A stretch of 64,000 bases of DNA from IMG/VR virus record IMGVR_UViG_3300025417_000566, positions 15,115-79,114 of that record. One strand, given 5' to 3'. Positions within the stretch are counted from its first letter, which is position 1; each line of letters starts with the position of its first letter. The notes beneath the pieces are model-generated. The model had not been told where the DNA came from. It did not search any database and was given only the letters and a program-made list of their open reading frames with translations. Positions 1 through 8,941 of the stretch are shown piece by piece. Source of the stretch: a virus. A program made the translations under genes and the position numbers.

Positions 1-1161
1 TCACAAAGTGGAACTTTTAGTGATTTAGAAATTGCACCAGACGGATCATCAATTACAGATACCGCAACAGGACAAGTATATAGCCCAACAGACTCTGCCG
101 ACATTGCCGCTCTTGCTTGTCAAGCCAATAATCCGTCGGCACTTGAAGATGCGGCTATCACAGCACAAGACAATTTGGATACACAAACTCCTGCTACAGG
201 AGCAAGCGCACCGGAAACTGTAGACCCAAATACTGATCCAGCAGTTCAACAACAACAAGACGCACAAGATGCTCAAGCAGGAACAACTGCTACAGTACAA
301 AATAGTAATGCCCCAAGTTCACAAGGTAGTTCTATTGGGTTACAAGGTGCAACCTCAAAAGCACAAGAATCAGCAACAGCACAAGATGCGGCAAACGCAT
401 CTGGAAAACTTGCAGACTGGAGAGTAGCAATAGCACTTGCGCCAGGTAGTAAGTATTTGTATAATGCACCTAATCCAGGAATACTTGCCCCACTTGCAGC
501 CACAGATGGTGTAATTTTTCCTTATACTCCAAGTATTAGTGTTGCATATCAGGCAAGTTATGACGTAGCAAATATTATTCATAGTAACTATAAAGTATAT
601 CAATATACAGGCAGTTCAGTAGAACAGGTTACTATTACAGGTGAATTTACTGCACAAGATACTTATGAAGCAAATTACTTAATGGCTGTAATTCACTTCT
701 TTAGATCAATGACTAAAATGTTTTATGGTCAGGATGAATATCCTAAGCCAGGCACACCACCCCCAGTAGCATTCTTATATGGCTTTGGTGCATTTCAATT
801 TGACGGACAACCATTAGCAATCACAGGCTTTACTTATAGTTTACCTGCTGACGTAGACTATATTCAAGCATATACAACAAGTGCAATTGCGGGTCAGCAA
901 ATAAGTGTACCTTCACAAGGCACTAGTCAAAACGGTAGATTAGGTACTCAAATACAACCAGGTGGTACTAGACCCCCACCTGGGTTCCAAGTAGCAGGGG
1001 CACCAAAAGCCCCAACATATGTACCAACAAAAATACAATTATCAATCAGTTGCGTACCTCTTGTTAGCAGAAATCAAGTATCTAATAATTTTAGTTTGGC
1101 TGAATATGCTACCGGAAACTTAACAAGAGCGCAACAAAACGGCGTAGGAGGATTTTGGTAA
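1..1161 (+). CDS. Baseplate tail-tube initiator / tube-cap-like protein (T4 gp48/gp54-like), 5'-truncated by the window
   Basis: Frame 1 is open from base 1 (SQSGTFSDLEIAPDG...), so the track start at 175 (TTG) is probably internal. The core GVIFPYTPSISVAYQASY...VTITGEFTAQ...PPVAFLYGFG resembles tube-like baseplate proteins. It is the first gene of the baseplate block. Confidence 0.6.
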   Translation, partial: SQSGTFSDLEIAPDGSSITDTATGQVYSPTDSADIAALACQANNPSALEDAAITAQDNLDTQTPATGASAPETVDPNTDPAVQQQQDAQDAQAGTTATVQNSNAPSSQGSSIGLQGATSKAQESATAQDAANASGKLADWRVAIALAPGSKYLYNAPNPGILAPLAATDGVIFPYTPSISVAYQASYDVANIIHSNYKVYQYTGSSVEQVTITGEFTAQDTYEANYLMAVIHFFRSMTKMFYGQDEYPKPGTPPPVAFLYGFGAFQFDGQPLAITGFTYSLPADVDYIQAYTTSAIAGQQISVPSQGTSQNGRLGTQIQPGGTRPPPGFQVAGAPKAPTYVPTKIQLSISCVPLVSRNQVSNNFSLAEYATGNLTRAQQNGVGGFW

Positions 1162-1475
1162 TGTCAAATCAAATACTATATCCAAAGACAAGTCCATATA
1201 ATACAACAAATGTTGTAAACAATAAATTTTTAGATGTAATAAACTATAGACCAATTCCTAAATATCCACAAGATGTTTATTTTATTATTACAGCAGTATA
1301 TGAATATAGACCTGATCTATTAGCCTACGACTTGTATGGCGATAGTAAGTTATGGTGGGTATTCGCAGAAAGAAATCCCAATCGATTGGGAGAAGATCCT
1401 TATTTTAATTTTGTACAAGGTTTAGGAATATACGTGCCAAAATTGTCAACACTTCAAACTGTTTTAGGAATCTAA
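1161..1475 (+). CDS. Baseplate wedge protein, gp53/LysM-like
   Basis: YEYRPDLLAYDLYGDSKLWWVFAERNP is the typical gp53/LysM-like signature. The ATG at 1161 overlaps the upstream TAA (TAATG). Confidence 0.75.
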   Translation: MSNQILYPKTSPYNTTNVVNNKFLDVINYRPIPKYPQDVYFIITAVYEYRPDLLAYDLYGDSKLWWVFAERNPNRLGEDPYFNFVQGLGIYVPKLSTLQTVLGI

Positions 1476-1476
1476 A

Positions 1477-4386
1477 GTGGCACAGTATACCAATACAAAA
1501 ACCAATTCTGGTGGCTATACGGTTTCTACAACACTGAATACTGACACCAACACAACCACGTATTCTGTAACAACACCTGACGGTCAAACTGCTACTACTG
1601 TTCAAAGTCCATCAGGTGTTGTTAATAATACAGTACTATTTGCACTAAGTGGACAACTAAAGGATCCGGTTACTGGGGGAGGAGTCCCGCCCTTAAACTA
1701 TGCAGGAGCACTAACTGATACTGCGGATAGTGTAAAGGCACAGGCTACAGCGGCAGCGGCAGCACCGCCTCCAAATCAACCGCCGGCTGATCCAAATTCA
1801 AACGAAAGTCAAACAGATGATGAGAATGATTTAGGTGATTCTTCAGGAGACGATGACAGTGGAGATGAATCAACTGATCCTACCAATGGATCAGCGCCTA
1901 GTAACAATAATACTGCAAGTGGCACAGCATTGGTCAATGGGCAAGGTTACAATCCAAATGATGATTTGCCAGGTAGAAGATTACAAAATCCTTTAGGTGA
2001 ATATGCAAGTTACACATATCAATTAAGTTTGTATATGGTAACACCTGAAGCATATATGTTATTCGCAAATTCAGGAAGACAAAACATTAATTTTCCAGGT
2101 ATTTACTTAGTTGCTCAAAACGGTGGTATTAACAACACATCACAAGTACAACGTGCACCTGGATTTAAATTTGATTATGGTATTGATAATTTAAAAATTA
2201 CCAATGCAATGTCTACAAAAGACAGCGGAACAAATGTCAACGTTACTGAAATGACATTTCAAGTTATTGAACCATATGGCTTTTCATTTGTTAAAAATTT
2301 AAAATATGCCGCACAACAAATTGCTAAAACATCAAACACATCAGGACAAAATCCTTCTGACGATCCTACTAAACAATTTTTTATCATTGGTATAAGATTT
2401 TTTGGTTATGATCAATTTGGCAACATATTAACAGGCAACGAGCAGTTTGGTAATGGTATTTTAGATCCAAATGCTGGTGCATCAGGTGAATCAGGTGGTT
2501 TGTTTACAAAATACTATGATATCAATTTTACAGCAATGACATTTAAGATAGATGGTAAAGCAGTTATATATGATATTACTGCGGCTGAAACTACAATCTT
2601 AGCAGGTGCAAGTGTTAAAAGAGGTATGATCAATCACGACACTAGTGTAACATCAGGCACAGTAGGTGATGCATTAAATCAACTTGCTAAAATTTTAAAT
2701 GACAATCAAAAACAATTGCTAGATGCAAAAAAGATAGGTGTAGCAAATAGTTACTCATTCTTATATACGCCATATGGAACTGAAGAAGATGAAATTGGTG
2801 ATGGTTCAGCAACCTCACGCATTGCACGTGCTAAACTAGTAAACCCTGCTGACCAAGACAAATATAAATGGCCTGGTAGTGGAGCAAAGTCAACAACAGA
2901 ATCTAATGCCGCAACAGAAGTTAAAGCAATTCCAAAAACTAATGCTAGAACATTGACATGGAATGCTGATACGCCTATTCCACAAGCAGTTGAAGACGTT
3001 GTTAAATCAAGTTCATACTTAACAGATGCATTAAAACTTTTATATACCACAAACATTGAAAGTGATCCAAAGAAAGACACGCCTGATCAAATTGATGGTA
3101 CATCAAAAGATCCTATCTCTTGGTTCAACTGTCAACCTTCTATCAATGGTATTAGTTGGGATAGTGTAATCAATGACTGGTCATTTGATATCTCATACAT
3201 TATTACTGAATATCAAACTCCAATTACTAACAGCGTGTACGCAAATCCAGCAGTACCATATTATGGCCCTGTAAAAAGATACAAGTATTGGTATACTGGA
3301 CAAAATTCAGAAATTTTGAGTTATTCTCAAACTTTTAATTGCTTGTACTATCAAGCAGTTCAAGATGCCAATGCCGATACTAATACACAAAGTACCAACG
3401 GCGGAACTAATCCAAGTAGCGGTACTACAGGTTCTGGTAATGCAGGGGCGGCTCCACAGGGCGGTGCAAAAACAGCAGATAAAAGAACAGGACAATCTAC
3501 ATTAGGTAAATTGGGTCCAGGTTTTGAAGCACAAAATAACTACTTAAACAGTTTGTATGATTCTAGTTCTGTAGTAGAAGCCGATTTAGAAATATTAGGT
3601 GATCCTGATTACCTAGTAACTAGTAGTAATGAAACTCTTAATGGTGTATATAGTAAATTCTATGGACAAGATGGCTTTACTATTAATGCCAATGGTGGAC
3701 AAGTTTTTATTGAAATTGATTTTAAGGAAGCAGTAGACTATACTTGGAATGAAGGACAAGTGCAAAACTCTAACGGTACTATTTCTTCAATGGGTGCAGG
3801 CATATTGAACATCAATGAGTCAATTCAATTTTGGCCTTATCCACCCAATATCGCTCAAATTGTTCAAGGACTTAGTTATCAAGTAATTACGATTGACAGT
3901 TCGTTTAGTAACGGTGCATTTAAACAGCATTTGCATCTAACATTAAATCAATTCCCTGATGCGGCAACACCACAAAACGAATCAGGAAGAGAAAATCCAG
4001 CAACACCACAAACACCAAGTCAAGGACAAGGAGCCGCAGGCCCCAATCCTGGTGCAGGTGGAAGTACTACATCATCTACTGGATTGGTACAAGACAATCC
4101 ATCTAATCAAGCGGCCCCTGCAACATTGCTTACAAGTAATGTTCAAGCACCAGATCAACCTACAACACAGTCATCAACTACAGGTAGTAACTCACGTGAT
4201 CCTAATGTGATAACAACTGATACAAACACAACAACTACTACAGTTACAGGTGGTACAACAGTAACCGGTGGCGGAGCAACAATAAGAAGAAGTGATGGTA
4301 GCGTAACTACAGTACCAGGCCCAGGAGTAGTAGCAGACGATGACGGAGGCAATGCCCCGCCTAACTTAGGACCAGGAGGACCATAA
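1477..4386 (+). CDS. Putative baseplate hub protein (gp27/gpD-like) with low-complexity termini
   Basis: 969 aa, GTG start, between gp53-like and gp5-like genes. Contains NPLGEYASYTYQLSLY and EADLEILGDPDYL...YQVITIDSSFSNGAFKQHLHL, which resemble hub proteins. Confidence 0.55.
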   Translation: MAQYTNTKTNSGGYTVSTTLNTDTNTTTYSVTTPDGQTATTVQSPSGVVNNTVLFALSGQLKDPVTGGGVPPLNYAGALTDTADSVKAQATAAAAAPPPNQPPADPNSNESQTDDENDLGDSSGDDDSGDESTDPTNGSAPSNNNTASGTALVNGQGYNPNDDLPGRRLQNPLGEYASYTYQLSLYMVTPEAYMLFANSGRQNINFPGIYLVAQNGGINNTSQVQRAPGFKFDYGIDNLKITNAMSTKDSGTNVNVTEMTFQVIEPYGFSFVKNLKYAAQQIAKTSNTSGQNPSDDPTKQFFIIGIRFFGYDQFGNILTGNEQFGNGILDPNAGASGESGGLFTKYYDINFTAMTFKIDGKAVIYDITAAETTILAGASVKRGMINHDTSVTSGTVGDALNQLAKILNDNQKQLLDAKKIGVANSYSFLYTPYGTEEDEIGDGSATSRIARAKLVNPADQDKYKWPGSGAKSTTESNAATEVKAIPKTNARTLTWNADTPIPQAVEDVVKSSSYLTDALKLLYTTNIESDPKKDTPDQIDGTSKDPISWFNCQPSINGISWDSVINDWSFDISYIITEYQTPITNSVYANPAVPYYGPVKRYKYWYTGQNSEILSYSQTFNCLYYQAVQDANADTNTQSTNGGTNPSSGTTGSGNAGAAPQGGAKTADKRTGQSTLGKLGPGFEAQNNYLNSLYDSSSVVEADLEILGDPDYLVTSSNETLNGVYSKFYGQDGFTINANGGQVFIEIDFKEAVDYTWNEGQVQNSNGTISSMGAGILNINESIQFWPYPPNIAQIVQGLSYQVITIDSSFSNGAFKQHLHLTLNQFPDAATPQNESGRENPATPQTPSQGQGAAGPNPGAGGSTTSSTGLVQDNPSNQAAPATLLTSNVQAPDQPTTQSSTTGSNSRDPNVITTDTNTTTTTVTGGTTVTGGGATIRRSDGSVTTVPGPGVVADDDGGNAPPNLGPGGP

Positions 4387-4387
4387 T

Positions 4388-7300
4388 ATGGCAGAAGACA
4401 TAATCAGAGCCAAAGGTTCGACAAAAGCAACTAAACCAGATGCAGGCGGTGCGAATCCTCGCAATGTACCTGTACTAGCAATCGTTAAAGATAACGTAGA
4501 CCCAACACGTTCAGGTAAACTTAAAGTTTATATTGGTGACAAGGGCGGCCCAGATTCAGACAACTCTAATACTTGGGTTAGTGTAAACTACATGACTACC
4601 TTCTTTGGTAAAGTAATACCACAAGCAGGCAGTGATGGATACGGAGATTATAAAAACAACCCAAGTTCATATGGTGAATGGCACGCTCCTCCCGATATTG
4701 GTACAACAGTAATTTGTATCTTTATCAATGGTGACCCTAACTATGGATTCTATATTGGATGTGTTCCCGATGCAGATGCACTACAAATGGTTCCTGCTAT
4801 TGGTGCAACTGATAACATTATTCCTAACGAAGGTGAAGCACAAAGTTATGGTGGTGCAGTAAGACTTCCTGTAACTAATATTAACACTAACAACGATAAA
4901 GTAACAAATAGTCCAGACTTTATCACAGCACCTAAACCAGTTCATAGTTATACTGCAAGTATTATGAATCAACAGGGTGTTATTCGTGATCCTATTCGTG
5001 GGCCTATTTCAAGTAGCGCACAACGTGAGGCTGCAAGTCGTGTGGGTTGGGGTGTAAGCACGCCGGGTAGACCAATCTATTCAGGTGGTTATAATGATAC
5101 CAGTGTAGCAAGTAATCTTACTGAAGAACAAGCACAAAAATTAAAAGTAGTTGCACGTAGAGGTGGTCACAGTTTTGTTATGGACGACGGTGACGTTATT
5201 GGACGTGACCAACTTATCAGAATTAGAACAGCATTGGGTCATCAGATATTAATGAGTGACGATGGTCAAACATTAATGATACTACACAGTAATGGACAAA
5301 GTTATATTGAGTTGGGTAAAGAAGGTACAATTGATATGTACTCTACTAACTCAGTTAATATTAGAACACAGGGTGACTTAAACTTACACGCAGACAATAA
5401 CATTAATCTTCATGCTGTCAAAGACATGAACTTTAAAGCAACAAACTTTAATGTCAATACAGATCAAAAGATTGCTTTAGGTGCATCTACTGATATCCAA
5501 ATGTCAGCAATTAATAATTTTACTGCCAAAGCAGGCGCCGCAGTTGCATTAGCATCAGGTGGCGATGGATCATTGGCAGCAGGTGGTGCGGCATATATTA
5601 ATGGTAGTAAAGTAAATTTAAATTCAGGTTCAGCAAGTACACAACCAGAACAAGTTGCAACAATTCCCGTTCTTGCACAAACTGATACACTATATGATCA
5701 ATCAACGGGGTTTAGTGCGGCCCCAGGTAAGTTATTATCAATTACTTCACGTGCCCCTGCACACGCACCATGGGCTAACGCAGGTCAAGGTGTTAACGTA
5801 CAAACAAACTTAGATGCAAATGCAAACTTACCGCCTACCCCAAGTCCAGCAGTTGCAAGCGCAAATGACGCAGGTGCGTCAACTAACCCAACACCAGTGA
5901 GCGTAGCAACAGCGGCAAGCGCACCAAACGTTCCTGCTGTATCTGATTCAATGGATCAAGGAACTACAAACGCAGTATTGGGCGCACAAGCACAGGCTGC
6001 GGCTCAAGGCCCATTAGCGGCAGCAACACAGCAAGGTGCAGCCGTAATTTCAACTGCGGCAGGCAATGTAGCCGCAGTTGGTGCTTTTGCACAGTCACCA
6101 AGTCAACTAGCATCAAGCGGTATTTTAAAACCAGGTTCAGATACTCTTATTAATGGTCTTGTACAATCAGGAGCCAATATTAGTCAAGCAATGCCTTCAG
6201 CATTGTTTGCAGGTGCATCGGGCGCAAAAAATTTACAACAATTAACATCAAGTGTTGGTGCACAAGCAACTAGTGTTGTAACTAATATGCAACAGGCACA
6301 AACGGGCTTAACACTAACCGGAGTTATTACAGGAAGAGAATCACCAACACAAGTTGCAGGTCTAGTAAATGCGGCTACAACAGTTGGATTGCATCAAACA
6401 GTTGGTGCAGTACAAAGTATATCAGGTGGTGGAATATCTACTAGAGCATTAACCGGAGCAGTAGGTTCAGTAACAACAGCATTGACAGGTTCTAAAGCGT
6501 TAGGATCATTAGCAGCCGGAGCAACTGGATTGGTATCAAGTGCTTTGGGATCAGCCGGCGGAGCAATAACTACAATTGGTACTTCTCAATCAGCATTAGG
6601 TGCTATTGGTTCAGGCGCCGCAGCCGCAGGTGTCGCAACACTGGCAGGTGGTGGACTAGGAGGCATTGCCAGTGGATTAAATGCTATGGCAGCAGTTCCA
6701 TCATTAACAGGATTACTAAATCTAACACAAGGTGTTTCTGGTTCAGCATTTAATGCAATTAAGAAACAATTTAAGCCAATGCAGGCTGGTATACCACAAA
6801 ATCTAACACAGATTGCCGCAGCCTCAGCAGTATCAAGTGCATTAGTTTCAGGACAAGGCACTGCTGGTAGCTTATTAGCAGGAGTTGCCGGTGGTGTTGC
6901 AGGTGGAATTGCGGGCAGTGCAGTCTATGGATCAGGTTTAATCAATGGGGCAAGTGCATTAGGAGTCAGCAGTATTGTTGGTGGTTCTGTGGGTAGTTTG
7001 GTAAGTGGAGCATTAAACTCAGTATCAGGTTTAACTTCAGCAACATCTATTGCAACAGGATCATTAGGATCAGTTACTAATATCTCAGGTGCTATTAATA
7101 ATAGCGTACCAGGTGTGTCTGGACTTGCAACTCAAGTATCAAGTTCATTGGGTTCTATTCCAAATCCATTAAATTCATCATCTGCTTCAATTGGTGCTAT
7201 TGGTGGAATTACAGGATTGATTAGCAAAACAACAGGAATTAATCCATCTAACCCTGCTAGTATCTTATCAGTTGCACAAAAAGGTGTAAATGGTGTCACA

Positions 7301-8410
7301 GCATTGGGCGGCGCCGGCGCATCATTAGCAACTGGTGGATTGGCACAACTATCGGCATCTGCGTCAATTATTAATTCAGGCGCCGGAGCAAGTGCATCAT
7401 CTGCCCTTGCTAGTGGTATGAGTAATCTGCCCGGTGGAATAGGAATTGCAGGCGCTGTAGTAAACAACGCATCAAATGCTGTTAACTCTATTCCGGGTGC
7501 AGGTCAATTGTCAGGACTTATTGGTTCTGCACAAACTGCGGCGATGAACGGGTTACCAATGCCAAGTATTCCAGGTGGTTTAGGCTCACTGTCAAGTCTA
7601 GCAAGTACTGGTCTAAGCGTAGGCGATGCGGCATCATTACAATCATCTATTTCAGCATTAAGTTCAGGCACAGCAGGGGCAATTCAGTTGCCTACATTTG
7701 GATTTAACACTACAGATAGATCATCAATAAGCGATCAAATCACCTCAGTATTGGGTGATCCTAGCATTCCCCCACCTGATTTAACAGGTGAAATATCTAC
7801 TGAGGCTGTAAATGATATTCAAGCATTAGACAATGCACAACAACAAGCAATTGATATTGAAGATCAACTCAATCAATATCAAGATGTAATTGATGCGGCA
7901 AACACAGCCTACGAAAACGCATTGGCAACATTGCCCGAGGGTGATCCTGGAATTGAAAGCGCAAGACAAGCATGGTTAGCCGCACTAAGTGATCCTGGAT
8001 ACATAGCGTTGTTGAATCAATATAATGCAGATACAAACGTTGACATTCCCTCTATAGCAGATGCATCACAAACTGCATCTTCTACAAATTCAAGTGCCAA
8101 CGAAACAACTATCAATGGATTAATTGCATCAGGAGCATCTAGTGCTAGTGGTTTAACAGGGTCATTAACTTCAAGTCTACCTAGCGTTAGTTCTCTTAGC
8201 AACTTAACTGGCTCAAGTGGAACAAGTTCATTGACATCATTAGTCAACAATCCTGAATCATTGAGTAGTCTAAAATCTACTGCTGGAACTGCTTTAGGTA
8301 CCGTAACTGGTCAAAATGCAACTGCATTACAATCATTACAAGGGTCTGTAGCATCAAATACCCAAGAAATTAACAATTCTATCTCAGGTATTATTGGCCC
8401 GGGCGGCTAA
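4388..8410 (+). CDS. Baseplate central spike, gp5/VgrG-like (OB-fold plus beta-helix) with ~870-aa Gly/Ala/Ser-rich C-terminal extension
   Basis: N-terminal AIVKDNVDPTRSGKLKVYI...PPDIGTTVICIFINGDPNYGFYIGC is a gp5 OB-fold pattern. GGHSFVMDD...IRIRTALGHQILMSDD and NIRTQGDLNLHADNNINL are beta-helix repeats. It lies immediately before gp25. Confidence 0.75.
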   Translation: MAEDIIRAKGSTKATKPDAGGANPRNVPVLAIVKDNVDPTRSGKLKVYIGDKGGPDSDNSNTWVSVNYMTTFFGKVIPQAGSDGYGDYKNNPSSYGEWHAPPDIGTTVICIFINGDPNYGFYIGCVPDADALQMVPAIGATDNIIPNEGEAQSYGGAVRLPVTNINTNNDKVTNSPDFITAPKPVHSYTASIMNQQGVIRDPIRGPISSSAQREAASRVGWGVSTPGRPIYSGGYNDTSVASNLTEEQAQKLKVVARRGGHSFVMDDGDVIGRDQLIRIRTALGHQILMSDDGQTLMILHSNGQSYIELGKEGTIDMYSTNSVNIRTQGDLNLHADNNINLHAVKDMNFKATNFNVNTDQKIALGASTDIQMSAINNFTAKAGAAVALASGGDGSLAAGGAAYINGSKVNLNSGSASTQPEQVATIPVLAQTDTLYDQSTGFSAAPGKLLSITSRAPAHAPWANAGQGVNVQTNLDANANLPPTPSPAVASANDAGASTNPTPVSVATAASAPNVPAVSDSMDQGTTNAVLGAQAQAAAQGPLAAATQQGAAVISTAAGNVAAVGAFAQSPSQLASSGILKPGSDTLINGLVQSGANISQAMPSALFAGASGAKNLQQLTSSVGAQATSVVTNMQQAQTGLTLTGVITGRESPTQVAGLVNAATTVGLHQTVGAVQSISGGGISTRALTGAVGSVTTALTGSKALGSLAAGATGLVSSALGSAGGAITTIGTSQSALGAIGSGAAAAGVATLAGGGLGGIASGLNAMAAVPSLTGLLNLTQGVSGSAFNAIKKQFKPMQAGIPQNLTQIAAASAVSSALVSGQGTAGSLLAGVAGGVAGGIAGSAVYGSGLINGASALGVSSIVGGSVGSLVSGALNSVSGLTSATSIATGSLGSVTNISGAINNSVPGVSGLATQVSSSLGSIPNPLNSSSASIGAIGGITGLISKTTGINPSNPASILSVAQKGVNGVTALGGAGASLATGGLAQLSASASIINSGAGASASSALASGMSNLPGGIGIAGAVVNNASNAVNSIPGAGQLSGLIGSAQTAAMNGLPMPSIPGGLGSLSSLASTGLSVGDAASLQSSISALSSGTAGAIQLPTFGFNTTDRSSISDQITSVLGDPSIPPPDLTGEISTEAVNDIQALDNAQQQAIDIEDQLNQYQDVIDAANTAYENALATLPEGDPGIESARQAWLAALSDPGYIALLNQYNADTNVDIPSIADASQTASSTNSSANETTINGLIASGASSASGLTGSLTSSLPSVSSLSNLTGSSGTSSLTSLVNNPESLSSLKSTAGTALGTVTGQNATALQSLQGSVASNTQEINNSISGIIGPGG

Positions 8411-8420
8411 AATAAGGAAA

Positions 8421-8426
8421 TAAATA
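8421..8426 (+). promoter_or_regulatory. T4-late-like promoter core (AATAAATA)
   Basis: TAAATA ends 4 nt before the gp25 ATG. The same hexamer recurs upstream of many genes in the window. Confidence 0.4.
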
Positions 8427-8430
8427 CTGT

Positions 8431-8892
8431 ATGGCACAATATATTGGATTTAGTACTATCAACGCTTGTTTACCCCAGACAACTAATAATGTATCTGGGT
8501 TGGCTGCCCGCAGTTTGGACGGGGGTTTAGGATTACAACAACCAATTAATCCGGGTAAAAAATTTAGATTATTAAATTCAGATTTAGTCGTAAGAGACTT
8601 GATTAATGCTCTTAATATACGTCAAGGAGAAAAAGTAGGCCAACCTAATTATGGTACTACAGTTTGGAGTTTCTTGTTTGATCCTAATACATTTGATGTT
8701 CAAACTCAACTTCAAAATGAAATTAAACGAGTTGCCTCACAGGATCCTAGAATAATTTTAAATGCTGTTAATGCTTTCCCCCAAGAAAATGGTATATTAG
8801 TTGAAATAGAAATGGCTGTTGCCCCCTTCAATAACCCAGCACTATTGAGTATATTTTTTAATCAAACGACTAGTGCGGCCGCAGTAGTTTAA
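8431..8892 (+). CDS. gp25: Baseplate wedge subunit gp25-like
   Basis: LVVRDLINALNIRQGEKVGQPNYGTTVWSFLFDP...EIKRVASQDPRI matches the GPW/gp25 family pattern. Synteny gp5-gp25-gp6. Confidence 0.85.
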   Translation: MAQYIGFSTINACLPQTTNNVSGLAARSLDGGLGLQQPINPGKKFRLLNSDLVVRDLINALNIRQGEKVGQPNYGTTVWSFLFDPNTFDVQTQLQNEIKRVASQDPRIILNAVNAFPQENGILVEIEMAVAPFNNPALLSIFFNQTTSAAAVV

Positions 8893-8912
8893 TCAAAAAC
8901 CGAGTTTTTGAT
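8892..8912. other. Perfect 9-bp inverted repeat (ATCAAAAAC-CGA-GTTTTTGAT), possible hairpin or operator
   Basis: Seen directly between the gp25 stop and the GATAAATA motif upstream of gp6. The stem is AT-rich, so function is uncertain. Confidence 0.3.
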
Positions 8913-8915
8913 AAT

Positions 8916-8923
8916 GATAAATA
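8916..8923 (+). promoter_or_regulatory. T4-late-like promoter (GATAAATA)
   Basis: Intergenic, 18 nt upstream of the gp6 ATG. Near match to the T4 late consensus TATAAATA. Confidence 0.5.
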
Positions 8924-8941
8924 TATCAAAAGAGAGTATCT

